Of a DNA stretch of 64,000 nt, positions 35,826 through 43,950 are shown piece after piece (the first letter of the stretch is position 1; every line of letters starts with the position of its first letter). Origin of the DNA: Anaeroplasmataceae bacterium. Its GTDB lineage: Bacteria; Bacillota_I; Bacilli_A; Acholeplasmatales; Anaeroplasmataceae. A program made the translations under genes and the position numbers. The stretch spans positions 20,208 through 84,207 of the forward strand of contig JAVBPE010000018.1 in assembly GCA_031549865.1 (NCBI GenBank), given 5' to 3'. The notes below the pieces were generated by a model. The model was not told the origin of the DNA. It did not search any database and saw only the letters and a list, made by a program, of their open reading frames with translations.

Positions 35826-35950
35826 CTCGTAATGTATTACGAGTATAAAAACAATAAATTTAATAAATCTATAGGCTTTATGTCAAATCTAGTATTCTAG
35901 AAGAGGCATAAAGCCTTTTTTTATGCTTTAAGGCTCGTAATAGATTACGA
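35826..35950. repeat. Two copies of the palindrome CTCGTAAT-NN-ATTACGA
   Basis: Copies at 35826-35843 (ctcgtaatgtattacgag) and 35934-35950 (ctcgtaatagattacga) bracket the cluster terminator. Confidence 0.8.
35873..35922 (+). terminator. Strong terminator closing the R-M cluster
   Basis: 10-bp stem aggctttatg / cataaagcct with an inner 5-bp stem tctag / ctaga, followed by T7. Confidence 0.8.
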
Positions 35951-35967
35951 TTGCTCATTTTTTACTT

Positions 35968-35976
35968 TGATATAAT
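35968..35976 (+). promoter_or_regulatory. Extended -10 promoter element (TGaTATAAT) at the left end of the phage region
   Basis: TGATATAAT at 35968-35976. No good -35. Confidence 0.4.
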
Positions 35977-36168
35977 ACGTTTGAATTAAGACCGGCTACC
36001 TTAATTCGTACTTTACATCCCTAGCTAGGATGTCACAATAAAGTACAAAAAACTTAATAAACGCAGCTTGGACCATTGTGAGGGAAGGACTGCAAACTGA
36101 AATGGGTGTATTTTTACACGTTCATTCTTTTTGCTATGCCTTCTTTGCGCCTTGATGCATTTGGAAAG

Positions 36169-36215
36169 ATACCTCCATTTCAGAAAACAAAAATCTGATT
36201 TGGAGGTATTTTTTT
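36169..36215 (+). promoter_or_regulatory. Terminator-like hairpin that sequesters the RBS of the first phage gene
   Basis: atacctcca (36169-36177) pairs with tggaggtat (36201-36209), followed by T7 and the ATG at 36216. An upstream ctgaaatgg (36097-36105) can alternatively pair with ccatttcag (36175-36183). Confidence 0.5.
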
Positions 36216-36854
36216 ATGACTAAAACGAAAAAAACAAAGGATTTATATCCGAACATCTATGGCTACGGTAGCCTAGAACAACTAATGGCAGATCCAACAA
36301 GGTTTGGTGATAACCCAGACAAGCCACTAACAAGTTGGACAGCTTATAAAGATGCTGATGGCGACACGAGGTTTGTGCCATGCACAGAGGAGTTCTTTCA
36401 TTATATGAGAAATGAGGAACGCAACGACAGGAGGAAGAAGGACATCGAATCAAGATGTATGATCCCGTCTGAGAAATATGGGTTAGTAAAGTGTAGAGAA
36501 GATTGCAATCATTGTCCTTATAAGCAGAATGAGCTTGAGCCAGATGCTACAACGGATTTTGCTAGAACTGGAATAGCGGTATCTATTGATTACATGTATG
36601 AAAATTATGAATTTGAGTTTAGTGATGGTTCGTTTGAGGCTGATTGTGAAAAAAGAGAAAAGGAAGAACGTGACGCAGAAATGTGGAGACTTATTGACGA
36701 GTTAGGCGAAACAGACCAGACCATATTAAAACTTTACAACCAAGGTAAGACTGATGCTGCAATAGCTCTTGTTGTTAAGAAATCTCGAAGTGTTGTTCAG
36801 GAACGCAGAGTTAAACTAATCGACATGTTGAAAGAAAAATTGAAAAATTTTTGA
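36216..36854 (+). CDS. Phage protein with Cys-rich centre and C-terminal sigma-70 region-4-like HTH
   Basis: 'ETDQTILKLYNQGKTDAAIALVVKKSRSVVQERRVKLIDML' resembles sigma r4/LuxR-type HTH. 'CREDCNHCPY' is a Cys cluster. Confidence 0.55.
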   Translation: MTKTKKTKDLYPNIYGYGSLEQLMADPTRFGDNPDKPLTSWTAYKDADGDTRFVPCTEEFFHYMRNEERNDRRKKDIESRCMIPSEKYGLVKCREDCNHCPYKQNELEPDATTDFARTGIAVSIDYMYENYEFEFSDGSFEADCEKREKEERDAEMWRLIDELGETDQTILKLYNQGKTDAAIALVVKKSRSVVQERRVKLIDMLKEKLKNF

Positions 36855-36945
36855 AACTAGTCGGCAAACCATAAGTTACTTAGCCATTAATCCTTTGAGA
36901 AGGAAGTGTAGCCCTTTTCTAAAAAATTAAAAAGGAGGAATCGCT

Positions 36946-37125
36946 ATGCAAGACAAAGCAATGGCTAACAAAAAGCCGTTTCTAACTGCAAATGATTTGA
37001 TAGAAAGTTTGCTGATAATAAGTGAAACGACAAAAACGTTAGCGCTAGAAGTTATGTTGCTTCCAGCAGAACAAAACAAAGATGGAGGTGAAGAAGATGT
37101 CAACATCTCCAACAAAGCACAGTAG
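36946..37125 (+). CDS. Hypothetical small phage protein (59 aa; below the ORF-track cutoff)
   Basis: ATG at 36946 with aggagg 6-7 nt upstream. Open for 59 codons to the TAG at 37123-37125. Overlaps the next gene start. Confidence 0.4.
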   Translation: MQDKAMANKKPFLTANDLIESLLIISETTKTLALEVMLLPAEQNKDGGEEDVNISNKAQ

Positions 37126-38281
37126 GAAGTACAGCCCAAGTAAAAGTAGCACGTGGCTTAATTGTCCTTTGAGTACGTTGTTAAATGATGGATCAAGTCA
37201 AGAAACAAATCCACAAGCTGAATTTGGAACACAATGCCATGAACTTAGCGCAGCGTTGATTTGCAAATCACTTAACATAGTTGATTTTGACAATGAACCG
37301 ATGTCAGTTAACGAGATTGTTAAGGGATTAGATATATATTCGCCGGAAATGCAAGACCTTGCCGATGGATATGCAGACTATGTAATTAACACTGTTGAGT
37401 ATGAAAAAAAGATGTCAAGCAGCGAGCCATTAGTAGTAGTTGAGCAGTATCTTGAAATGGATTTTGATGCTGATGCAGGTGGAACACTTGACTGTGGCAT
37501 TATTTCAAGTTCAAACGGTGGAACATTGACAGTTATAGACCTAAAGACTGGTAGAGGTCCAGTTGCTGCTTTCAATTCAGAGACAGGTATGTTTAATACT
37601 CAGCTAGGTATTTATGCACTGTATTTTTACAAAGCATACAAGGACATTTACCCAATCAAAAATGTGCGACTTGTTATCTATCAACCTGTGATTTCCAACA
37701 CTAACGATTTTGAAATGTCTATCGAAGATTTACTAAAATTTGAAACTGATATTTTAATCCCTGCAGTAGCAAAAACAAAGGTAAGTATACCTGAAGCAAA
37801 AAGTGGTAGTTACTGCAAATGGTGTGCTGGAAAAGCAATCTGCATTCAACGAGCAGAAGACAATATGAAACTTATTAAAGAGGCAAGTAAACCCTTAGAA
37901 AAAATGACAGACAATGAAATTGAAAAGTTGCTACCAAAGATGGACGAGCTGATTTCATTTGCAGAAGACGTCAAAGAATCTGCACTCAAGAAAGCATTAA
38001 ACGGACATAAGTGGAGGAATTTCAAACTCGTTCATACCAAGTCTACAAGAAAAGTATCTGACGAAGATGCAGTTATCAAAGTATGTGAGGATGCTGGATT
38101 TGATCCATATGCACCTAAAAAACTGGTTGGTATTACAGAACTTACAAAGCGATTAGGTAAAGACAAATTTAATGAGTTAATTGGAAACTATCTAACAAAG
38201 CAAGAAGGCGCAATTGTTTTAGTTCCAAGTGCAGATGCTCGTGACGAAGTAATTATCTTAAAAGAAGGAGAAAAAAATTAA
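37097..38281 (+). CDS. PD-(D/E)xK nuclease, Cas4/DUF2800-like
   Basis: I prefer the ATG at 37097 (ggagg 8 nt upstream). Has 'YSPSKSSTWLNCPLS', 'LDCGII ... VIDLKTG' (D ... DxK) and a C-terminal 'CKWCAGKAIC' (four-Cys pattern). Confidence 0.7.
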   Translation: MSTSPTKHSRKYSPSKSSTWLNCPLSTLLNDGSSQETNPQAEFGTQCHELSAALICKSLNIVDFDNEPMSVNEIVKGLDIYSPEMQDLADGYADYVINTVEYEKKMSSSEPLVVVEQYLEMDFDADAGGTLDCGIISSSNGGTLTVIDLKTGRGPVAAFNSETGMFNTQLGIYALYFYKAYKDIYPIKNVRLVIYQPVISNTNDFEMSIEDLLKFETDILIPAVAKTKVSIPEAKSGSYCKWCAGKAICIQRAEDNMKLIKEASKPLEKMTDNEIEKLLPKMDELISFAEDVKESALKKALNGHKWRNFKLVHTKSTRKVSDEDAVIKVCEDAGFDPYAPKKLVGITELTKRLGKDKFNELIGNYLTKQEGAIVLVPSADARDEVIILKEGEKN

Positions 38282-39240
38282 TGTTAAACATTACTACGGG
38301 TAAAGAACAACGCCCATTAAAAGTTGTCATTTATGGTCCTGAAGGAATAGGAAAAAGCACATTTGCTAGTCAGTTTCCGAGCCCAATATTTATTGATACT
38401 GAAGGTGGGACAAGCAATTTGGATATCAGAAGAATTAAATGCAATAAATCATGGAATGAGCTTATTTCAATAGTCAATGAAATTATTACAACACCGAACA
38501 TTTGCAAGACGCTTGTAATAGACACTGCAGATTGGTCAGAGATTTTATGTATTAATTCAGTTTGTGAGAAGTACCGAAAAAGCAATATTGAGGATTTTGG
38601 ATTTGGAAAGGGATATGTGTACTTGCAAGACGAGTATTCAAAACTACTTTCACTATTAGACAAGGTAATTGATGCAGGAATTAATGTTGTGGTTACCGCT
38701 CATGCAAAGTTAAGAAAATTTGAACTTCCGGAGGAACAAGGTGCTTTTGACAGATATGAAATGAAACTTACAAAGCAAGTGGCACCGTTGCTAAAAGAAT
38801 GGTGCGACACATTATTGTTTTGCAATTACAAGATTTATGTTGTCACAACGGAAAACAATTCTAAAAAAGCGCAAGGTGGCAAACGAGTTTTATACACAAC
38901 TCATAATCCAACATATGACGCCAAGAACCGCTTTAATTTGGCGGAAGAACTTGAACTTGATTTCGCATCGGTAGCGCACCTTTTTGCGGCACAGGCGCAA
39001 ACACAGGCCGACACAAAGCCAGTTGTATTTCAAGAGCAAACAGTTATTAACAAGCTAATCAAAATGATTGAAGATGCAGGTATAGCAGAAGACGATATCA
39101 AAAAAGTAGTAGCAGCTCGTGGCCACTATCCAGAGAGTGCAGCGATAACTGAATATTCAGAAGATTTTATAACACGATGGATAATTCCAAATTGGAAGAA
39201 GATCGTAGAAACAATTAATAAAGAAAAAGGAGAGAACTAA
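38281..39240 (+). CDS. AAA_24/Sak4-like RecA-fold ATPase
   Basis: Walker A 'IYGPEGIGKSTF' and Walker B-like 'TLVIDT'. Typical phage replication/recombination module position. Confidence 0.7.
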   Translation: MLNITTGKEQRPLKVVIYGPEGIGKSTFASQFPSPIFIDTEGGTSNLDIRRIKCNKSWNELISIVNEIITTPNICKTLVIDTADWSEILCINSVCEKYRKSNIEDFGFGKGYVYLQDEYSKLLSLLDKVIDAGINVVVTAHAKLRKFELPEEQGAFDRYEMKLTKQVAPLLKEWCDTLLFCNYKIYVVTTENNSKKAQGGKRVLYTTHNPTYDAKNRFNLAEELELDFASVAHLFAAQAQTQADTKPVVFQEQTVINKLIKMIEDAGIAEDDIKKVVAARGHYPESAAITEYSEDFITRWIIPNWKKIVETINKEKGEN

Positions 39241-39242
39241 TT

Positions 39243-39704
39243 ATGAACAACAATAATGATATGTTAATGGATTGGAATGATGCCATTGAAACCGACGGAC
39301 AGGAATTTGTCCTACTTCAAGAAGGTGATTATAACTTCTTGGTAACTAATTTTGAAAGAGGTCGCTTTCCAGGTGGGCCTAAAGTTCCAGCTTGCAATAA
39401 AGCAACTATTACAGTGCAAGTTCAAACAGCAAATGGCGCAGCTACAGTTAAATTTGATTTGTTGCTTTATCGCTCACTTGAATGGCGCATATCTGCATTC
39501 TTTAGATGTATTGGTCAGAAAAAGCATGGTGAAAAATTGACAATGGAATGGAATAAGGTGGTTGGATCTATTGGTAGAGCGCACTTCAAACAACGTTCTT
39601 ACACCAATCAATATGGAGACGAGAAGTATGTTAATGACCTAGATCGTTTTATTGATTACAATCCAGAATTTTTTGTTAATGATGATCCTTCGTTACCGTT
39701 CTAG
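39243..39704 (+). CDS. Phage protein, DUF669-like (usual partner of AAA_24)
   Basis: Called from position and size after the AAA_24 gene. No catalytic motif. Assignment tentative. Confidence 0.45.
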   Translation: MNNNNDMLMDWNDAIETDGQEFVLLQEGDYNFLVTNFERGRFPGGPKVPACNKATITVQVQTANGAATVKFDLLLYRSLEWRISAFFRCIGQKKHGEKLTMEWNKVVGSIGRAHFKQRSYTNQYGDEKYVNDLDRFIDYNPEFFVNDDPSLPF

Positions 39705-39715
39705 AGGTGAGTAAT

Positions 39716-41293
39716 ATGAAGTTAAGACCATATCAAAACAGTGCAGTTGATGCTGTAAAAAATGAGTGGAGTGTAGGACATAAAAAAACCTTGATAGTAC
39801 TTCCAACCGGAACGGGAAAAACAATAGTTTTTTCTAAGGTTGTTGAAAACGAAACAAAAGACGGTAGTAAAGCACTAATTTTAGCACATCGTGGTGAGCT
39901 GCTTGATCAGGCATCAGATAAGCTAAAACAAGCAAGTGGTATGGACTCAGCCTTGGAAAAGGCTGAGTCCACATCACTCAACTCTCCATTGCAAGTTACG
40001 GTAGCATCAGTTCAAACACTATCACAAGAAAAAAGACTATTTAAATTTCCGCAAGATTACTTCAAGACGATTGTGGTGGACGAGGCCCATCATTCCATGA
40101 GTGATACATACCAAAGGATATTAACTTATTTTAACTCTGCTAATGTTTTAGGAGTAACAGCCACACCAGATAGAGCAGATCAAAAAAACTTAGGGAAGTT
40201 CTTTGATTCTAAAGCCTACGAATACACAATGCATCAAGCAGTAAAAGAGGGCTATCTCAGTCCGATCAAGGCGCAAATGATACCGCTAGAGTTAAACATC
40301 AACAATGTAGGACTTTCAAATGGAGATTATGCAGTTGGCGAAATAGGCTCAGCACTTGAGCCATACTTAAATCAAATTGCACTTGAAATGATTAATTATT
40401 GTAAAGGTCGAAAGACCGTAGTGTTTTTGCCACTTGTAAAGACTTCACAAAGGTTTTGCGAACTGCTAAATCTTCATGGATTTAGGGCAGCAGAAGTTAA
40501 TGGGAATAGCACCGATAGAGAAAAAATACTTACAGATTTTGATGACGGTGAATACGACGTGTTGTGTAATTCTATGCTATTGACCGAAGGGTGGGATTGT
40601 CCGTCTGTTGACTGTATAGTTGTACTTCGACCAACTAAAGTCAGAAGTTTATATCAGCAAATGGTTGGACGTGGAATGCGACTTGCACCCGATAAAAAAG
40701 ATTTGTTGTTACTAGATTTTCTATGGATGACTGAACGACATGATTTATGTAGACCATCGGCGTTAGCATCAAAAGACGAAGAAGTTGCAAAGCGTATTGA
40801 CAAAATGATGCTTGACAAAGAAAGCGGCATTGATTTAATGGCAGCAGAGATTGAAGCAGAAAATGACATCATTCAAGAACGTGAAAATGCACTTGCTCGT
40901 GAACTTGCGGCAATGAGAAGGAAACAACAAAAGCTTGTTGATCCAATTCAATATGCATTTTCTATAGCATCAGAAGATTTACAAAATTATGAGCCTACAT
41001 TTATGTGGGAAATGGCACCTGCTAGTGCAAGACAACTTGACTATCTTGAAAAGCATGGTATCTACCCTGACACAATAACTAATTGTGGAATGGCTAGTTT
41101 ACTTATTGATAAATTAAAGAACAGACAAATAGAAGGACTAGCAACACCAAAGCAAATCAGATTTTTGGAGCGTTATGGGTTCTTGCATGTTGGCATGTGG
41201 CAGTTTGATGCGGCAAGCAAAATGATAACAAGAATATCAACAAACAACTGGTATTTACCAAGAGGAATTGACGCTAAAAATTATCAACCGTAG
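39716..41293 (+). CDS. SF2 DEAD/DEAH-box helicase
   Basis: I prefer the ATG at 39716. 'LRPYQ', motif I 'LPTGTGKT', motif II 'VVDEAHH', motif III 'GVTATP', motif VI 'QQMVGRGMR'. Confidence 0.85.
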   Translation: MKLRPYQNSAVDAVKNEWSVGHKKTLIVLPTGTGKTIVFSKVVENETKDGSKALILAHRGELLDQASDKLKQASGMDSALEKAESTSLNSPLQVTVASVQTLSQEKRLFKFPQDYFKTIVVDEAHHSMSDTYQRILTYFNSANVLGVTATPDRADQKNLGKFFDSKAYEYTMHQAVKEGYLSPIKAQMIPLELNINNVGLSNGDYAVGEIGSALEPYLNQIALEMINYCKGRKTVVFLPLVKTSQRFCELLNLHGFRAAEVNGNSTDREKILTDFDDGEYDVLCNSMLLTEGWDCPSVDCIVVLRPTKVRSLYQQMVGRGMRLAPDKKDLLLLDFLWMTERHDLCRPSALASKDEEVAKRIDKMMLDKESGIDLMAAEIEAENDIIQERENALARELAAMRRKQQKLVDPIQYAFSIASEDLQNYEPTFMWEMAPASARQLDYLEKHGIYPDTITNCGMASLLIDKLKNRQIEGLATPKQIRFLERYGFLHVGMWQFDAASKMITRISTNNWYLPRGIDAKNYQP

Positions 41294-41305
41294 GAGGAGT
41301 ATTAA

Positions 41306-43318
41306 ATGAACAACATACTAGATGCTTTAAAACAAATTGATGTATCAAAACTTTCATATCAAGAATGGGTTAATGTTGGCATGGCGCTTAAAGCAGAAGG
41401 TTATGAGGTTTCAGTATGGGACTGCTGGAGTATGAATGACGCTCGCTACAAGAGTGGTGAGTGTGAAAGGAAATGGAGGACCTTTAGTGGTTCCTCCAAT
41501 CCTATCTCTGGAGGCACAATAGTTCAAATGGCAAAAGCATCAGGATGGGTTCCGTATTTCAAGACAAACAATGGACTAATGGAATGGGACGACATAATCG
41601 AATACGATGGTGATGGAACGATATTTGAACATACAACAACTAAAACTGCCGCAGAACAATTAACTAGTTATTTAGAAATACTTTTTAAAGAAGACGAATA
41701 TGTCGGATATGTGACAAATGATGTATGGCAAGACGCAGACGGCAAATGGATGCCTAGTAAAGGTGTGTTTGACAGAAAAGCAAAAGAGATTATTGAACTA
41801 CTTAAAAAGCATCCTGAAGATATAGGCGCTGTCATAGGCGACTGGAAAGAAGAATGCGGTGCTTGGATTAGATTTAATCCGGTTGATGGCAGCGGTGTTA
41901 AAAACGAAAACATTAAAAGATTTACGTATGCACTAGTAGAATCAGACGATATGCCTATTGCTGAGCAGGATGCAATATATCGAAAGTTAGAACTTCCTAT
42001 TGCTTGCCTTGTTCATAGCGGCGGTAAAAGTCTGCATGCGATCGTTAAAGTGGATGCAAAAGATGCTGAGGAATACCGAAAAAGAGTTGATTATCTGTAT
42101 GAATTTTTAGAGAAAAATGGACTTAAGGTAGATAAAGCAAATCGCAATCCATCAAGACTTTCAAGGCTTCCAGGTGTTACAAGAAATGGTATAATGCAAG
42201 CTTTAATCGATACTAATATTGGTAGGCGCAACTGGATAGAATGGCTAGATTTTGCGGAAGGAATAGTAGATGAACTACCTGCACTTACATATTTAGACGA
42301 GGCTTTACTAAATCCGCCAAAGTTACCTGCTGAATTGATACAAGGTGTTTTAAGAGTAGGACATAAAATGCTTATTTCAGGTTCTTCAAAAGCAGGAAAA
42401 AGCTTCTTACTTATGGAACTGTGTATAGCATTATCCGAAGGTTCAAAGTGGCTAGGATTTCAATGCAAAAAATCAAAGATATTATATGTTAATTTAGAAA
42501 TAGATTCTGCAAGCTGTATTAATCGTTTTGCGGAAATATACAAGGCTTTAAAGATAACACCAAAGCATAGCTGCGATATCGTACTTTGGAATTTACGTGG
42601 ACGTGCAATGCCGTTAGACAAACTAGTTCCAAGACTTATCAGAAAAGTAAGCAATCAAGGATTTGATGCTGTTATTATTGATCCTATTTATAAAGTCATT
42701 ATGGGGGACGAAAACAATGCCTCTGAAATGGGTGTTTTTTGTAATCAGTTCGATAAGATATGCAATGAAACTGGATGTGCAGCAATTTACTGCCATCATC
42801 ATTCAAAAGGTGCGCAAGGTTTTAAAAAAGCAATGGATAGAGCATCTGGCTCTGGTGTATTTGCTAGAGATCCGGACGCACAGCTAGATATGATTCAGTT
42901 GGAAACAAGCGAGGAGTTTATTGCGGTCAATGCAGATGTTATGAACTCAACTGCATGGCGATTAGAGAGTAGTTTACGTGAGTTTCCTAACTTCAAACCG
43001 GTTAACTTTTGGTTTGAGTATCCGATTCATAGAATTGACGATAAAGGCATACTTCAAAAGAATTTAGCTGAAGGTGATCCTAAGTCGAATCTAAATAAGA
43101 GTGGCAAACGAAATCAAACACCTGAATCAAGAAAAGAAGAATTTGACAATGCCTTTAGTATTTTAATTCAACCGGATGGAACTTGTAATGCTGCTGACTT
43201 GGCTGAATATATGAGCATTTCTGAGAGAACGGTAAGAGATAGAGTGAGCGAATTTAGCGCAGAATACGAAACTAAAAAAGGCATTATTACTAAGAAGAAA
43301 TCTCTGGCGGAAAGGTAA
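41306..43318 (+). CDS. Phage primase-polymerase (AEP-type) fused to AAA_25/RepA-like helicase ATPase, with C-terminal HTH
   Basis: 'VHSGGKSLHAIV' and 'NPSRLSRLPG' are AEP prim-pol motifs. Walker A 'SGSSKAGKS'. The C-terminal 'LAEYMSISERTVRDRV' is HTH-like. Confidence 0.7.
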   Translation: MNNILDALKQIDVSKLSYQEWVNVGMALKAEGYEVSVWDCWSMNDARYKSGECERKWRTFSGSSNPISGGTIVQMAKASGWVPYFKTNNGLMEWDDIIEYDGDGTIFEHTTTKTAAEQLTSYLEILFKEDEYVGYVTNDVWQDADGKWMPSKGVFDRKAKEIIELLKKHPEDIGAVIGDWKEECGAWIRFNPVDGSGVKNENIKRFTYALVESDDMPIAEQDAIYRKLELPIACLVHSGGKSLHAIVKVDAKDAEEYRKRVDYLYEFLEKNGLKVDKANRNPSRLSRLPGVTRNGIMQALIDTNIGRRNWIEWLDFAEGIVDELPALTYLDEALLNPPKLPAELIQGVLRVGHKMLISGSSKAGKSFLLMELCIALSEGSKWLGFQCKKSKILYVNLEIDSASCINRFAEIYKALKITPKHSCDIVLWNLRGRAMPLDKLVPRLIRKVSNQGFDAVIIDPIYKVIMGDENNASEMGVFCNQFDKICNETGCAAIYCHHHSKGAQGFKKAMDRASGSGVFARDPDAQLDMIQLETSEEFIAVNADVMNSTAWRLESSLREFPNFKPVNFWFEYPIHRIDDKGILQKNLAEGDPKSNLNKSGKRNQTPESRKEEFDNAFSILIQPDGTCNAADLAEYMSISERTVRDRVSEFSAEYETKKGIITKKKSLAER

Positions 43319-43500
43319 ACCGGCAGCTGCCAAGAGTAAAAAATGCAATTTGGCACAAAGGAAAAAATCACATATCCGCCAGCTGGCAAAAAACTGGCGG
43401 AAAGGGCTTATATATAGGTGTTGACACCAGCCGCTGACGCATCGTTTGTAGAATAGGGCCTAAAGCCAGCCCTATTCCAAACAAATGCATCAACGTCAGC
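43304..43500. repeat. Cluster of repeats and palindromes between primase and rusA
   Basis: The 12-mer CTGGCGGAAAGG occurs at 43304-43315 and 43394-43405. 10-bp palindromes GGCAGCTGCC (43322-43331) and GCCAGCTGGC (43378-43387). A long imperfect hairpin spans 43433-43500, with outer stem gctgacg/cgtcagc and inner stem gaatagggc/gccctattc. Confidence 0.8.
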
Positions 43501-43536
43501 CAGTGCCTTTCTGCAAAAAAAGAAACGGAGAAAAGT

Positions 43537-43950
43537 ATGAAAATATTTTTATTATTAGATCCACCGACAATTACTGCTCAAGAAAACAAAGTAGCAATAA
43601 TTAAAAACAAACCGATATTCTATAAACCTGAAAAATTAAGACAGGCAAGAAATGAACTCATAAAACACTTGCTGCCTTTTAAACCAGATAAACCGATGGA
43701 AGGCCCAATCAGACTTGAAGTTATATGGAGGTTTCCAAAAGGCAAAACACACAGACACTTTGAATGGAAAGTGACGAAGCCTGATACTGATAATCTAGAA
43801 AAAATGTTAAAGGATTGTATGACTGAAGTTGGATTTTGGATTGATGATGCACAGGTGGTTGTTGAGCACGTTGAAAAGTTATGGTCAGACGAGCCATGTG
43901 GAATATCTATTGAAATTGAGGTGTTAAAAAATTATAAGGAGGAATTGTAA
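43537..43950 (+). CDS. rusA: Holliday junction resolvase RusA
   Basis: 'KPDTDNLEKMLKDCM ... WIDDAQVV' is typical of RusA. 137 aa. Confidence 0.8.
   Translation: MKIFLLLDPPTITAQENKVAIIKNKPIFYKPEKLRQARNELIKHLLPFKPDKPMEGPIRLEVIWRFPKGKTHRHFEWKVTKPDTDNLEKMLKDCMTEVGFWIDDAQVVVEHVEKLWSDEPCGISIEIEVLKNYKEEL

Larger units (their letters stand above)
23573..35960. mobile_element. Genomic island downstream of tmRNA carrying the atypical Type I R-M cluster (boundaries approximate)
   Basis: Starts at the tmRNA 3' end, a classic island insertion site. Coding GC is visibly higher than in the core genes. Content is defence-type only. No integrase or flanking direct repeat found. Confidence 0.55.

Noticed and set aside
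36060-36110. Possible c-di-GMP (GEMM-type) riboswitch in the phage leader ('ACGCAGCTTGGACCATTGTGAGGGAAGGACTGCAAAC')
   Set aside because: There is only a superficial resemblance (ACGCA ... GCAAAC). The conserved GGCAAA/GNRA-tetraloop-receptor layout I remember is not present. It is kept only as an unclassified structured leader.
23573-36215. Direct repeat of the tmRNA 3' end (att site) or an integrase pseudogene flanking the island
   Set aside because: I read both junction regions by eye and found no copy of the tmRNA 3' segment (e.g. TCGAGTCTCCCCTGGTCCACCA) and no recombinase-like ORF. Short or degenerate repeats cannot be excluded without an alignment.
39352-39540. Nested same-strand or antisense short ORFs (39352-39540, 42663-42887, 54089-54334, 21853-22035, 61457-61651, 46649-46966, 49363-49713, 53142-53456, 2120-2305, 4285-4554 and similar)
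   Set aside because: All lie inside longer ORFs with clear family motifs. They lack RBS signals and have biased, low-complexity translations.
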